IMG/VR virus record: IMGVR_UViG_2690315742_000007
Length of the DNA: 46,788 nucleotides
Reading direction: 5' to 3' (one strand)
Source: a virus
Lineage: Duplodnaviria; Heunggongvirae; Uroviricota; Caudoviricetes
The position numbers and the translations under genes are program-made. How positions within the stretch are numbered: the stretch's first letter is position 1; every line of letters begins with the position of its first letter. Under the pieces are notes generated by a model. The model had not been told where the DNA came from. It made no database searches and saw nothing but the letters and a program-made list of their open reading frames with translations. Shown piece after piece: positions 1 to 11,838 of the stretch.

Positions 1-1284
1 TTACAGACTTCTGGAAGGTTGCGCAGCTCTTACAACACGCGGTTGATCTTCCGCAGCGTCTTCCAGCGCACTTAAATCACGGTCTTTCACCTCTGGCATT
101 TTCAGCGCAGAGATTAAACCAATCACTGAATATGCCATGATCATAATGGCGATCGGATACCAGGATTCCGTCATGGTGCAGAAAATACCCGCCAGGATAG
201 GACCAAAACCGGAAGCGATAAGATCACCAATTTCTTTAGAAATAGCCATCCGGGTAAAGCGGTTTTTACAGCCGAACATTTCTGCCATGGTAATGTTTTC
301 CAGAGCAAATAATCCCAGCACCGCACAGTTATGAATCACAATCAGTGCAACCATAATGGTGCTCGGGGCATAGCTTTTATCTACAATGATAGAAAGCATT
401 GGCCATGCCAGCACAATCGCGGAGGTATTCATAATAATATACGGGATCCGGCGACCAATTTTATCGGATAACCAACCAAGGAACGGAATGGTCATAAAGC
501 CGAGAATCGAACTGATCATCAATGCATCTGTTGGAATTGCTTTGTTAAACAATAACGTCTGCACTAAATAGCCTGCAAGGAAAGTCTGAATTAACCCGGA
601 GTTACCCGCCTGACCAAAACGCAGCCCTGTTGCCAGCCAGAAGGATTTGCTCTGGAACATGCTACCAGCAGGTGCAGGTTTTGCTGTCGGTTGGTTACTG
701 TCGTTAACCTTCTCAAAGACCGGGCTTTCTTTCAGATTCATACGCAACCAGATAGCAAAGACCATCACGACAACGCTCGCCAGGAACGGTATACGCCATC
801 CCCACGCCAGCAGTTCCTCTTTACTGAGAATGAAGAACATAAAGGCCCAGATTGCCGTTGCGCTCAAGGTTCCGCAGTTAGTTCCCATAGCCACAAATGA
901 GGAGATAATTCCGCGCTTACCTTTTGGCGCATATTCCGCCAGCATCGTACCGGCACCGGAAATTTCCGCACCTGCACCCAACCCCTGAATAATACGCAAC
1001 GTCACCAGCAAGATGGGTGCAAAAACACCAATCTGTGCATAGGTCGGTAACACACCAATTAAGGTGGTACAGATCCCCATCATGGTGATGGTAATAAAGA
1101 GCACTTTTTTACGCCCTATTCTGTCGCCCATTTTGCCGAAAATAAATGCTCCGACAATACGCGCCACATAACCTGCACCGTAGGTTCCCATTGCCAGAAT
1201 TAACGCCATTGCCGTTGATGATTCAGGAAAAAATATTTCATGAAACACTAACGCTGCGCCGAGCGAATATAACTGGAAATCCAT
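1..1284 (-). CDS. ydfJ: MFS (metabolite:H+ symporter family) transporter; host gene flanking the prophage
   Basis: 427-aa ORF from the track, hydrophobic throughout with MFS-like motifs (GKMGDRIGRKK, GWLSDKIGRR). Matches my recollection of E. coli YdfJ, which lies next to Qin. Confidence 0.6.
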   Translation of the reverse strand: MDFQLYSLGAALVFHEIFFPESSTAMALILAMGTYGAGYVARIVGAFIFGKMGDRIGRKKVLFITITMMGICTTLIGVLPTYAQIGVFAPILLVTLRIIQGLGAGAEISGAGTMLAEYAPKGKRGIISSFVAMGTNCGTLSATAIWAFMFFILSKEELLAWGWRIPFLASVVVMVFAIWLRMNLKESPVFEKVNDSNQPTAKPAPAGSMFQSKSFWLATGLRFGQAGNSGLIQTFLAGYLVQTLLFNKAIPTDALMISSILGFMTIPFLGWLSDKIGRRIPYIIMNTSAIVLAWPMLSIIVDKSYAPSTIMVALIVIHNCAVLGLFALENITMAEMFGCKNRFTRMAISKEIGDLIASGFGPILAGIFCTMTESWYPIAIMIMAYSVIGLISALKMPEVKDRDLSALEDAAEDQPRVVRAAQPSRSL

Positions 1285-2070
1285 AATTCACAGGTGTTTT
1301 TTCCCATCCTGTGGTTTCCTTGGCGTTTTCTAGGTTTTTTCAGATAGTTGCATTTTTTTAAAAAGCATCCTAAGTTCGATCTCAGTGTCTATCTGGGGCC
1401 TATTTCTGTCCCATATATGCCCCAAAAAAACTCCCCAACAGATAAGTAGTTTTTTCATGGATTTATGCGTAAAATCAAGAACGGCTGGAAATCATTCAAT
1501 ACTCACACTATCGAAAAATTTACCAGCCAATCGCAGCACGTTCTTGCATAAGGCGTGTCTGCGGTTTTTCAACTATTCAGATACATCACTCCCATCACAT
1601 TCATTCCTCCGCATCAAAGGCATATAGGCTATATCACCTTGATATTTTTCTTTTTCAGATAAAAACTGTTATCTATGTATACTTTTAAACCCAATCCGTG
1701 TAGAGTCTCTACATAAGATAGTTTGCAGTTGCCGCTTCAGCTTGCGCCATAAACCGCCTGATTTTTGCTGCCACCTGTTAGCATTCCTGTATACCTGAAA
1801 CGACAATGTTTATCTACGAACTTTAAGAACACCCAAGATAAAAATTGTCAACTATATCATATATAACACATTACTAATTCGAGGCTATATGAACAGCATA
1901 CTGATAATCACATCTCTCCTTATCATATTCAGCATTTTTAGTCATGCCCTAATAAAATTAGGGATTGGCATATCCAATAACCCAGACAAAACCGATGTAT
2001 AAGTCAACATATCCTGAATCAGACATACAATATCGCAATGAAAATCAATAATATTTTAAGGAATATCTTC

Positions 2071-2304
2071 ATGAAATCAAAAGACACCCTAAAGTGGTTC
2101 CCTGCGCAGCTTCCTGAAGTAAGAATTATCCTAGGGGATGCTGTAGTGGAAGTAGCAAAACAGGGAAGACCTATCAATACCAGAACATTGCTTGATTACA
2201 TTGAAGGAAACATAAAGAAAAAATCATGGCTGGATAACAAAGAATTATTACAAACAGCGATATCAGTTCTTAAAGACAACCAAAATTTAAATGGTAAAAT
2301 GTAA
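2071..2304 (+). CDS. ydfK: Cold-shock-induced small protein, YdfK/YnaE family
   Basis: Internal ATG of track ORF 2038..2304 gives a 77-aa product MKSKDTLKWFPAQLPEV..., as I recall for YdfK/YnaE. Confidence 0.7.
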   Translation: MKSKDTLKWFPAQLPEVRIILGDAVVEVAKQGRPINTRTLLDYIEGNIKKKSWLDNKELLQTAISVLKDNQNLNGKM

Positions 2305-2620
2305 TATAATAAACTTACTTTTTTATCATTTTTCCACTTTAACAACATTTTGCTCCACTTTTCCACGACCAAACAACTTGAAATCTGGTTAAAATAACAC
2401 GCAACACTATTCTTCTTCCTTGAGTCCGCCCGGAACTCGAAAAACAAACCGAGTTAAAGCCATTTTTCACAAAATCGATTTTGGGTCTCACCAAAATTAC
2501 GGGGTTGCATACGCATTCGTTTATTTTCGAACGTGTACATACAAATATGCACAAAAATAATCATAATTATTTTCTGAGATGCATTATGATATGAACACCA
2601 ATTTCGTATAGAGTCTCACT

Positions 2621-3211
2621 ATGTCTCAAATTTTTGCTTACTGTCGGATATCAACGCTGGATCAGACCACCGAAAATCAACGCCGGGAAATCGAAAGTGC
2701 AGGTTTTAAAATCAAACCTCAGCAAATAATCGAAGAACACATTAGCGGCTCAGCAGCAACCAGTGAGCGTCCTGGTTTTAACCGGTTGCTTGCTCGCCTG
2801 AAATGTGGTGATCAATTGATTGTGACAAAACTGGATCGCCTTGGTTGTAATGCAATGGATATCAGGAAAACAGTGGAACAACTGACCGAAACAGGTATCA
2901 GAGTGCATTGCTTAGCATTGGGGGGCATTGACCTGACCAGTCCAACAGGAAAAATGATGATGCAAGTAATTTCAGCAGTCGCTGAATTTGAACGAGACCT
3001 TTTACTTGAACGCACTCATTCCGGGATAGTAAGAGCCCGCGGCGCAGGGAAACGTTTTGGTCGACCACCTGTGTTAAATGAAGAACAGAAACAGGCGGTA
3101 TTCGAACGAATTAAGTCAGGTGTAAGTATAAGTGCCATTGCCCGGGAATTCAAAACCTCGCGGCAAACCATTTTAAGAGCCAAAGCAAAACTTCAGACAC
3201 CTGACATATAA
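2621..3211 (+). CDS. pinQ: Serine recombinase, PinQ/PinR type (resolvase/invertase family)
   Basis: 196-aa ORF; N-terminal catalytic-serine motif (YCRISTLDQ) and C-terminal HTH; same length as K-12 PinQ/PinR. Confidence 0.75.
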   Translation: MSQIFAYCRISTLDQTTENQRREIESAGFKIKPQQIIEEHISGSAATSERPGFNRLLARLKCGDQLIVTKLDRLGCNAMDIRKTVEQLTETGIRVHCLALGGIDLTSPTGKMMMQVISAVAEFERDLLLERTHSGIVRARGAGKRFGRPPVLNEEQKQAVFERIKSGVSISAIAREFKTSRQTILRAKAKLQTPDI

Positions 3212-3308
3212 AAAATAATCTCGGTGTGAGATGCTTTACGTCTTCCAAGCCCCCTTCCTTGCCGTAAATGGAAAGATACATCTAATTATAGAATTTATAT
3301 GTTTTACC

Positions 3309-3884
3309 CTACGGCAGTGCTGGCCATTCAATATCCTGTGCAGTTGACGTATCAACACGGTTCAGCAATACCCGATACTTTTTCCATGCTTCCAGCAACG
3401 AGATTTCTTCCTCCGTTGCAATTTCCAGATCTGCAGCATCCTGAAGCGGCGCAATATGCTCACTGGCTACCTGCATCAGGTTGTTTTTTGTTTCTTCCGC
3501 CTCCCGGATCCGGAACAGTTTTTCTGCTTCCGTATCCTTCACCCAGGCTGTGCCGTTCCACTTCTGAAACTCCCCTTCCGGCGATAACCAGGTAACATTT
3601 TCCGGTAACGGACCGAGTTCAGAAATAAATAACGCGTCGCCGGAAGCCACGTCATAAACCGTTTTACCCCGATGATCTTCAACGAGATGCCACGATGACT
3701 CATCACTGTTGAAAACAGCCACGAAGCCAGCCGGAATATCTGGCGGTGCAATATCGGTACTGTTTGCTGGCAGACCTGTATGAGGCGGAATATATGCATC
3801 ACCTTCACCAATAAATTCATTAGTTCCGGCCAGCAGATTATAAATTTTTATGGTCCGTGGTTGTTCACTCATTCTGAATGCCAT
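3309..3884 (-). CDS. tfa: Tail fiber assembly protein
   Basis: 191-aa ORF directly downstream of stf; recognisable Tfa-family sequence (lambda tfa / TfaQ-like). Confidence 0.8.
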
Positions 3885-6800
3885 TATGCAAGCCTCACAA
3901 TATAGTTAAATGCGATGTTTTTGACGGTGTTTTCCGCGTTACCAGCAGCGTTAACGGTGATGGTGTGTCCATGTGAACCAATCGCAACGGAGTGCGTATG
4001 AGCACCAATACCGACAGTATGTGCATGTGCGCCTGCGCTTGCAGCAGTGCCGGACAGCGAGTGGGTATGAGCACCATCTGATGATGTCTTCCCTGCATTA
4101 CGAGTCTGGCCACTACCGCTTGTTGTGCTCATAATCCCCGCGCTTAGATTTGAAATCGCGGTATAACCATTAGGGAAAATGCTCGTGTTCGTGCCACCAA
4201 ATGCACCGGAACTCTTGTGTTGGTGCGCACCGGCACTATTTGCGGTCCCGCTAATACTATGGGTATGCGCCCCGGTGTTATTCGTGGATTTGGTTCCGTA
4301 ATCAAACGACGATGTGGTTTTCGTCCCCAAATCCGTACTGGATGCGCTGGCGCTGTGGGTGTGCGATTTAATGCCGTCCTGTTCCTGAGATAATACGGCC
4401 CGACCACTGGCGGGCTTGCCCTTAATCGTCCAGCCACGCATATCAGGGATCACGCCTGACGGATAAGCAACTGCAAGTTTCGGGTATGCAGATTTGTCAA
4501 AAGTCTGCCCCTGCATCAGGGCATAACCAGACGGAACGGTATCTGATGGCCACGGGATTGGTGCACCGACTGGATAAAACTCTGCAGGAGGATGAGCCGA
4601 GGTGTAAAGCTGCGCCCACGGCGACCAGTTTGCGTCGGTCGTATCCCGTCGTGAACGAATAAATGCCGGAGCATGAGCACCGCTTGTACCACTCCAGCCG
4701 ATGAGTAACTCACCTTCGCCAACGGCTGTCATCCCTTTCAGGTGAATGATATTTCCATACGCTGTTGGATATCCGTTGTTATACACCTCGTATAACTCAA
4801 GACCTGCTGCCCCCTGCGTATTGTCTGTCAGCGCGGTTACCCGACCTTTTGAAGCCAGATTAACTGATGATACTGCTGTTCCACCTGACGGTAACGCCCC
4901 GATCTCTGATGCCGTTGGCTTATTTCTGGAGTTATAGTCCCTTCGCCAGCCAGGTGAATAATCTGTTCCGTGATTAATATAGGTAAACTGGGCGTTAGTT
5001 GTTCCACCACCAGTGGAGGTGGTCGGTGTGGTAATGCGGATCGTCATCGCTGACTTTATCCCCATTACTTCAATGACAGCTCCGGCGAGATGAATATTAC
5101 CGCAGTCAGTATCAGTAATGATTTTATTATTGCCATAAGACCAGGAACCCTTGCACATCCAGTATGGATGGTTAAATGCTCCCTGAGAATCCAGCCACTC
5201 GATAAACTGTGCAGTCGTCCAGTTTCCTGTTGTTGTGCTTACTGACCCACCGAAGGCACGGCAGGCACCAATATTTTTCGTAAAGGTATCTTTGCCAGGG
5301 ATATCCGCACCGTTCTGATCTTTCTGCAGACGTTTCTCAGCATTGTCATTGGCTGCTTTTACTGCCTTTGGTGTCGCGGCAAGCGTTTCAGACGTGCTGT
5401 TGGTCGCGCTGCTTAGCTGGATTATCCCTTTCTGTGCTGTCGTTGCATCCTGTGCGGTGTATTTCCCGTTAGCCAGGTCATACGCGGCCTTAACGGCTTT
5501 TGGTGTTGCCGCCAGTGACTCGGAAGTGCTGTTAGTCGCACTACTGAGCTGTACTATCCCCTTTTTCGTCGTGCTCGCATCCTCAAGCGCCACGGCGGAT
5601 GCAATATCCTCTGCCCGTTTTGCTGCTGTCTCGGCGCGCGTTGCTGCGGATTCTGCCGTACTTTTGCTCTGTGCTGCCGCTGCCGCACTGCCAGCAGCCT
5701 CTGTCGCCTTCGTGGATGCCGTCGTGGCGCTGCCCCTCGCTGCTGACGCCTGTCTGGTCGCCTCATCTTTTGAAGCAGACGCCGATGATGCCGATGACGC
5801 CGCCGAACTGGCGGACGATGCGGCAGCCGTTTTTGAGGATTCTGCGCTGGTTTCCGACGCTTTCGCGTTCGTTTCGGATGTCTTCGCTGCGGAAGCAGAC
5901 CTCGCTGCTGCGCTGGCCTGTTCAGTGGCTTCGCCAGCCTTCGTTGTGGCTGTTGAAGCGGATGATGCGGCGCTTTCTGCCGATTTTCCGGCGGCGGTGG
6001 CACTGACTGCTGCCTCCTCTGCCTTAATGGACGCCTCACGGGCCGATGATGCAGCTGTTGTCTCAGAGTCTGCCGCAGCTGAGGCGCTCTGTTCCGCTGC
6101 CGTTTCAGAAGACCTGGCGTTCGTCTCGGACGTTTTTGCCGCCTTCGCAGAATTTGCTGCCGCCGTTGCCGAGGAAGCGGCACTACTGGCGCTTGATGAT
6201 GCGTTCGTTTCTGATGATTTCGCTGCCTCTTTTGAGGCCGCCGCATCCCGGGCTGAAGTGGCGGCTTCTGACGCTTTCGTCGTCGCAGTGGATGCAGAAG
6301 TGGCTGCTGATTTTTGTGACGCTGCAGCATTCGTTTCTGACGTTTTCGCGGCACCGGCACTGGTGGCCGCCGCGCTTTTTGAGGACTCTGCAGCGGCAGC
6401 ACTTTTTGATGCTTCAGTGGCCTTTGTTGATGCCGTTCCTGCGCTGGAAGACGCCTCCTGAGCCGACGTCGCGGCCTGTCCGGCTGACGTGCTGGCTGCA
6501 CGCGCTGAGCCTGCAGCATCAGTCGCATGGGTTGCCGCCTCACTGGCAGATGTGCCGGCATCACTGGCTGACTTCTTCGCGGCTGCCGTGTTCTGTGCCA
6601 CCGCGGACGCGTTACGCGCCACCTCTTCCACCATCAGTTCAAAACGGCGCAGAGCCTCCGGACGGGCATCATCCTCCGTCATGGCACCGAGAAAATCATT
6701 CAGCGTACCGGGTCGGGAATCTTCATACACGGTGATGGTCCCGGCATGTGACGGCGGGAATCCTTCCACCAACAGAATAACGCTGTACTGACCGTACTCA

Positions 6801-6958
6801 ACGTCCATGCTGTAACGCCCGGCTTCATCCGGATTTTCTGAGGCCAGCGTGTTCACCACCACCGTGGTGCTGTTACGTTTTGCTTTCAGCTGGATTGTGC
6901 AGTTCTGTACCGGTTTTCCTGTGCCGTCTTTCAGTACACCTGAAATCTTAACTGCCAT
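3884..6958 (-). CDS. stf: Side tail fiber protein; Ala/Ser-rich repeat shaft and His-rich C-terminal tip
   Basis: N-terminus [26 protein letters not shown] matches lambda Stf; start placed at the internal ATG of track ORF 3884..6964. Repetitive central region; C-terminal GAHTHS / HxH repeats typical of fibre tips. Confidence 0.8.
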
Positions 6959-7022
6959 ATTCACCCCACAAAAAAGCCCGCCTGAACCGGCGGGCTGTCA
7001 TAACACTGTGTTACCTGGCTAA

Positions 7023-7622
7023 TCAGAACTTATAACCGACACCCACGATGAAACCGTCAGTGCGCCAGTCGCCACTGCCGGAGCCTTCATAAGCAATATC
7101 AATGGCCACGGATTCGGTCGGGTTAAACTGCACGCCAGCTCCCCACGCCAGAGACGTGTTGCTGTGGCGACCGTCATCACTTCCGGTCAGCACGTCGTGC
7201 GTTTTCCCCTTGTTGTCAGTTACGCGGAGATAATCCCCGGAGAAAGTCGACACACGGCTGTAAGCCACACCCGCCATCGCATACGCGCTGAACCATTCAT
7301 TCACGCGCACAGACGGCCCCGCCATTACGCTGAACCAGCGATTACGAACGGAATCTTCATGCCAGCGGGTATCGCTGTAATGGGTCAGCTGGCGATTCTT
7401 GTCTCCTGCATAGCTGAATGACGTCACCAGCCCCAGCGTATCCGTAAACTCATAACGGTATTTCACGTTAATCCCGTTCAGATCATCACTGCCGGGAACG
7501 TTGGTCCGGGCATGAAGATACCCCGCGCTCAGCGTGGACTGATGTTCAGACGCCCATGCAGGCGCACCGGATACGGCCAGACAAATGGCTGCGGACAAAA
7601 TGGCTGCACAAACTTTACGCAT
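7023..7622 (-). CDS. lom: Lom-family outer membrane protein (Ail/Lom beta-barrel)
   Basis: 199-aa ORF with signal peptide and C-terminal ...GVGYKF beta-barrel end; sits between J and stf as in lambda. Confidence 0.8.
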   Translation of the reverse strand: MRKVCAAILSAAICLAVSGAPAWASEHQSTLSAGYLHARTNVPGSDDLNGINVKYRYEFTDTLGLVTSFSYAGDKNRQLTHYSDTRWHEDSVRNRWFSVMAGPSVRVNEWFSAYAMAGVAYSRVSTFSGDYLRVTDNKGKTHDVLTGSDDGRHSNTSLAWGAGVQFNPTESVAIDIAYEGSGSGDWRTDGFIVGVGYKF

Positions 7623-7692
7623 AATTACCTCTCGCTTTTCTGCAATAAAAAAGGCGTCATTCCTGACGCCATTTATTGGGGTTATAAATATT

Positions 7693-10600
7693 TCAACGAA
7701 TACTGATGCCTGAAGCCGCTTTTTTGGTCACAATCACCGTACAGTCGGTGATATTACCTGCCCGCTGATTGCCTTTATGGAAAACCTTAAACTCCAGAGT
7801 GACGCTTCCCCTGCCACTCGGCATATCAATAACCGCACTGTAGCTACCGGGAATGGCCCCTTTAGTTTCTCTGGATGCGATTAATACACCGTTTTTGCGA
7901 ACTTCAAAACCATAACCCGTGTATCTTGTACCTCCCGGGTTATTACCACTTCCCGGATCGCTATACGCTATTCCGTTAAAGATAATGGGCGGAATAATGA
8001 TTTGACGGTCAAAGTTATGATCATCGCTGATGGTGACTGTAACCGTCCCGTTTGGTGTTTCCGTGTTACCCCACGTACCAGCCTGTTTCGGAAATGATTT
8101 GGATACAGCTTTAACGAAGTCACCTCTGACCTGAGTCGCCTCCAGCATGCCCTTAATCGTACAGTTCTGGTTAATCGTGACATTGTTGAGCGTTCCTGAG
8201 TTCGCATTCACACTACCACTGATATCCGCATTTTTAGCGGTCAGCTTTCCGTCTGATGTCAGGGAAAATACCGGAGGACTGCCACCGCTGGTAATGGTGG
8301 GGGCTGTCAGGCGCTTCAGGAACACGTCGTTCATGAATATCTGGTTGCCCTGCGCCACAAACATCGGCGTTTCATTCCCGTTTGCCGGGTCAATAAACGC
8401 GATACGGTTAGCGGCAACCAGAAACTGGCTCAGCTTGCCTTCCTCCGTGTCCTCCATGCTGAGGCCAATACCCGCGACATAATGTTTGCCGTCTTTGGTC
8501 TGCTCAATTTTGACGCCCCACATGGCATTCCATTTATCGTTAGCGTCCTTCCACTCTTTCGAAAACTCATCCAGTCTGCTGGCGTTATCCTCCGTCAGAT
8601 CAACTTTTTCCAGCAGCTCTTTACCGAGATGGGATTCGGTTATCTTGCCTTTGAAAAAATCCAGGTAACCTTCCGCATCATCGCTCGCCCGACCGACGGC
8701 CTCCACGAATGCCGATTTGCCAACGGTGTTCACACTGCGGATATAAAAGTAATAATCATGGCCCGGTTTGATATTGATACTGGCGGCTATCCAGTACAGC
8801 GCCGTACCAAGATAGCGGGCTGTGGTTTCAACCTGCCTGATATCGGTAATCCGCTTTTCCGAGAACCAGAACTCAAACTGTACCGTCGGGTCATAAACGG
8901 CAAGATGCGGCGTGGCGGTTATCTGAAAATAGCCCGGCGTCAGCTCAATCCTCGACGGTGCTGCCGGTGCGGCAATCCGGAACGATACCGACGCCGGATC
9001 GCCCTGCTGCCCCCACGCATTTACCGCCCGGACTGTCAGCCTGTAGTTCCCTGGCGCCAGTTGCGTGAAGCGGTATGTGGTTTCCGCCGTCCGGGCCGTG
9101 CTGACCAGCCGCTCACTGCCGTCATCCGCTGCCACGGTCAGGCGAAGCATGAAACTCACGCCCTTCACCACCTTCGGCGTGTCCCTGCGGGCCAGCACCT
9201 GGTATTCCCCACTGTCTGCGGTGACTTCGGCAGTCAGGTGCTGCACCGCTGGCGGCGTGACACCATTCACCGTGCCGCTCTGGTCGCCGTCAAAGTGCGC
9301 CCCGTTATCCACGATGGCTTCTTTTTCCGGTACATGCTGCACGGCGGTGATGGCATACGTGCCGTCGTCGTTCTCACGGATACTCACGCAGCGGAACAGG
9401 CGCTGGCGCAGCGTCGGCAGCTTCAGCCCCCACACGCTGTATTCAGCAACGCCGTCAGGAACCCGGCTCACTTTCACCTTCACGCCGTCGGTGACGGACT
9501 GAACCTCCACGCTGACCGGATTGCCACTTCCGTCAACCAGGCTTATCAGCGTGGTACCGGAGGATGGCAGCGTGATTTCACGGTCGAGCGTCAGCGTCCG
9601 GGTCTGACTGTTTACCGCCAGCACGCGCCCGCCGGTGCTGATACCGGCATAGTCATCATCACAGATTTCAATGACATCGCCCGGCACATGGCGAAGCCCT
9701 TCGGCACCCACGCTGAAGTCCACCGTCTGCGTTTCCAGCAGCTCCGTTTTAATCAGCCACAGCCCGGCGCGGTGTGCCTGCCCCCGGCTGGTACAGCCAA
9801 AGGCATCCATCTTCGTGACGTTACGACCGTAACGGGCAATGGCCTGCGAGTCCTCCACAAGCTCTGTTGCCGTCTCCCAGCCGTTATCCGGGTCAATCCA
9901 GTTCACCTCAACGGCATTATGGCGGTCTTTCAGGGCGCTGAAGCTGTAGCGGAACGGCGCGCCATCATCCGGCATCACCACATTACTGCGGTTATAGGTC
10001 CACACCTTATCCGACGGTCGGTCCTGCACGAACGTCAGCGTCTGCCCGTTCCATACCGGCATACAGCGCATCGCCGAGCAGAAATCACTGAGCACATCCC
10101 ACGCCTTACGTTGTGTGGTCAGGTAAGCGTTACAGGTGATGCGCGGCTCCGTACCGCCAAAGCCGTCCGGCACCGACTGGTCGCAATTCTGGCCGATGAC
10201 ATACAGCGCCCATTTATCCACATCTGCCGCACCAAGACGTTTCCCCATGCCGTAGCGCGGGTGGGTCAGCATATCCCACAGACACCAGGCCATGTTGTTG
10301 CTGTATGCCGGTTTTAACGTTCCGTCCCAGATACCGCTGTATTGCCGCGTCTGCGGGTTATAATTCGACGGCACCTGCAGAATGCGCCCGCGAAGATGAT
10401 AATTACGGCTCACCTGCTGGCTGCCGAACTGCTCCGAATCCACCTGCACGCCGACCAGTGCCGTGTTCGGGTAGCACTGTTTCACATCGATGATTTCGGT
10501 GTATGACGACCAGAGCGTTTTGTTCTGCAGCTGGTCTGTGGTGCTGTCCGGCGTCATTCTGCGCATCCGGATATTAAACGGGCGCGGCGGCAGGTTATCC

Positions 10601-11106
10601 ACCACCACCGAGGCCAGATACTGCGAGGTGGTTTTGCCCTTAATGGTGATATCTTTTTCCGTCACCCAGCCACCATTACGCTGTATCTGAACCAGCAGGC
10701 GAACTTCCGACGGATTCCGGTCCCCCTTTGAGGTGGTTTCCACCAGTGCCTGCACACCGAAGGTAAAGCGCAGTCGGTCGATGTTTGCCGACGTGATGGC
10801 GCGGGTGATCGGCGTGTCGTATTTCACTTCCGTACCCAACACCGTCTCGGAGCCGGAGGATTCAAACCCCTCCGGCGGTGTCTGCTCCTGCTCACCGGCA
10901 CGGAACACCACCGTGACACCGGAGATGTTGGTATTCCCCTCAGTGTCCAGCACCGGCGTACTGTTCAGCAGCACGCTTTTTAATCCATCCACCGGACCTT
11001 CAACCGGCCCTTCGCTGATGGCATCGATCACACTCAGCAACTGCGTGGACTTCAGGTTGTCCTTCGCTTCGCGCGGGGTATGCCCCTTACTGCTTCCTTT
11101 ACTCAT
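7693..11106 (-). CDS. J: Tail tip / host specificity protein J
   Basis: 1137-aa ORF; N-terminal ~950 aa recognisably lambda J ([24 protein letters not shown]...); C-terminal ~150 aa differ from what I recall of lambda. Confidence 0.9.
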   Translation of the reverse strand: MSKGSSKGHTPREAKDNLKSTQLLSVIDAISEGPVEGPVDGLKSVLLNSTPVLDTEGNTNISGVTVVFRAGEQEQTPPEGFESSGSETVLGTEVKYDTPITRAITSANIDRLRFTFGVQALVETTSKGDRNPSEVRLLVQIQRNGGWVTEKDITIKGKTTSQYLASVVVDNLPPRPFNIRMRRMTPDSTTDQLQNKTLWSSYTEIIDVKQCYPNTALVGVQVDSEQFGSQQVSRNYHLRGRILQVPSNYNPQTRQYSGIWDGTLKPAYSNNMAWCLWDMLTHPRYGMGKRLGAADVDKWALYVIGQNCDQSVPDGFGGTEPRITCNAYLTTQRKAWDVLSDFCSAMRCMPVWNGQTLTFVQDRPSDKVWTYNRSNVVMPDDGAPFRYSFSALKDRHNAVEVNWIDPDNGWETATELVEDSQAIARYGRNVTKMDAFGCTSRGQAHRAGLWLIKTELLETQTVDFSVGAEGLRHVPGDVIEICDDDYAGISTGGRVLAVNSQTRTLTLDREITLPSSGTTLISLVDGSGNPVSVEVQSVTDGVKVKVSRVPDGVAEYSVWGLKLPTLRQRLFRCVSIRENDDGTYAITAVQHVPEKEAIVDNGAHFDGDQSGTVNGVTPPAVQHLTAEVTADSGEYQVLARRDTPKVVKGVSFMLRLTVAADDGSERLVSTARTAETTYRFTQLAPGNYRLTVRAVNAWGQQGDPASVSFRIAAPAAPSRIELTPGYFQITATPHLAVYDPTVQFEFWFSEKRITDIRQVETTARYLGTALYWIAASINIKPGHDYYFYIRSVNTVGKSAFVEAVGRASDDAEGYLDFFKGKITESHLGKELLEKVDLTEDNASRLDEFSKEWKDANDKWNAMWGVKIEQTKDGKHYVAGIGLSMEDTEEGKLSQFLVAANRIAFIDPANGNETPMFVAQGNQIFMNDVFLKRLTAPTITSGGSPPVFSLTSDGKLTAKNADISGSVNANSGTLNNVTINQNCTIKGMLEATQVRGDFVKAVSKSFPKQAGTWGNTETPNGTVTVTISDDHNFDRQIIIPPIIFNGIAYSDPGSGNNPGGTRYTGYGFEVRKNGVLIASRETKGAIPGSYSAVIDMPSGRGSVTLEFKVFHKGNQRAGNITDCTVIVTKKAASGISIR

Positions 11107-11166
11107 TCCTCACGCTCCATAAATGACAAAACCGCCCGCAGGCGGTTTCACATAAAACATTTTGCA

Positions 11167-11838
11167 TCAGCGACCAATCACCACAACCTGACCACCGTCC
11201 CCTTCGTCTGCCGTGCTGATCTCCTGAGAAACCACGCGTGACCCCACGCGCATTTCCCCGTACAGAACAGGCAGAACATTGCCCTGGGCAACCATGTTAT
11301 CCAGTGAGGAGAAATAGGTGTTCTGCTTACCGTTATCCGTTGTCTGTGTACGGGGAGTTCTGGCTTTCGGTGCCAGCATCTGCGCCACACCACCGAGCAC
11401 CATACTGGCACCGAGAGAAAACAGGATGCCGGTCATACCACCGGCCCCAATGGCTGCCCCCCATGCTGCAAGGGTGGCTCCGGCGGTAAAGAATGATCCG
11501 GCAATGGCGGCAGCCCCCAGGACAATCTGGAATACGCCACCTGACTTGGCCCCGGCGACTCTGGGAACAATATGAATCACAGCGCCATCAGGCAGAGTCT
11601 CATGTAACTGCGCCGTTAACCCGGACGTGCTGACGTCCCGCCCGGCAATCCGTACCTGATACCAGCCGTCGCTCAGTTTCTGACGAAACGCCGGGAGCTG
11701 TGTGGCCAGTGCCCGGATGGCTTCAGCCCCCGTTTTCACACGAAGGTCGATGCGGCGACCAAATCGTTGTAAATCCCCGTAAAGGCAGATGCGCGCCATG
11801 CCCGGTGACGCCAGAGGGAGTGTGTGCGTCGCTGCCAT
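11167..11838 (-). CDS. I: Tail assembly protein I
   Basis: 223 aa, same length and position as lambda I; C-terminal hydrophobic glycine-rich segment. Confidence 0.85.
   Translation of the reverse strand: MAATHTLPLASPGMARICLYGDLQRFGRRIDLRVKTGAEAIRALATQLPAFRQKLSDGWYQVRIAGRDVSTSGLTAQLHETLPDGAVIHIVPRVAGAKSGGVFQIVLGAAAIAGSFFTAGATLAAWGAAIGAGGMTGILFSLGASMVLGGVAQMLAPKARTPRTQTTDNGKQNTYFSSLDNMVAQGNVLPVLYGEMRVGSRVVSQEISTADEGDGGQVVVIGR

Noticed and set aside
1385-1627. 80-aa ORF in the ydfJ-ydfK intergenic region
   Set aside because: No recognisable ribosome-binding site or protein family; lies in a region more likely to be promoter and 5'-UTR sequence.
2305-3308. Search for Gin/Hin-type inverted crossover sites (AAACC-NN-GGTTT) flanking an invertible tail-fibre segment
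   Set aside because: Only one weak half-site-like match (near 2445..2465) and no second copy in inverted orientation; the pin-tfa gap is only about 100 nt and no alternative fibre exon or second tfa is present.
5340-6500. Repeat-rich DNA that might suggest a CRISPR array
   Set aside because: The repeats are coding tandem repeats within stf, imperfect and without unique spacers of uniform size; no cas genes are present.
5343-6564. Long ORFs on both strands (372 aa plus, 336 aa minus) overlapping the stf repeat region
   Set aside because: Alternative-frame readings of the repetitive Ala/Ser-rich stf shaft; the products are Ala-rich or Arg/Pro/Gln-rich low complexity. The real gene is stf on the minus strand.
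8482-10317. 611-aa ORF on the plus strand
   Set aside because: Lies entirely antisense inside J, whose minus-strand product is unmistakably lambda J-like. The translation is Arg/Pro/His-rich and low complexity, typical of a spurious antisense frame in GC-rich coding DNA.
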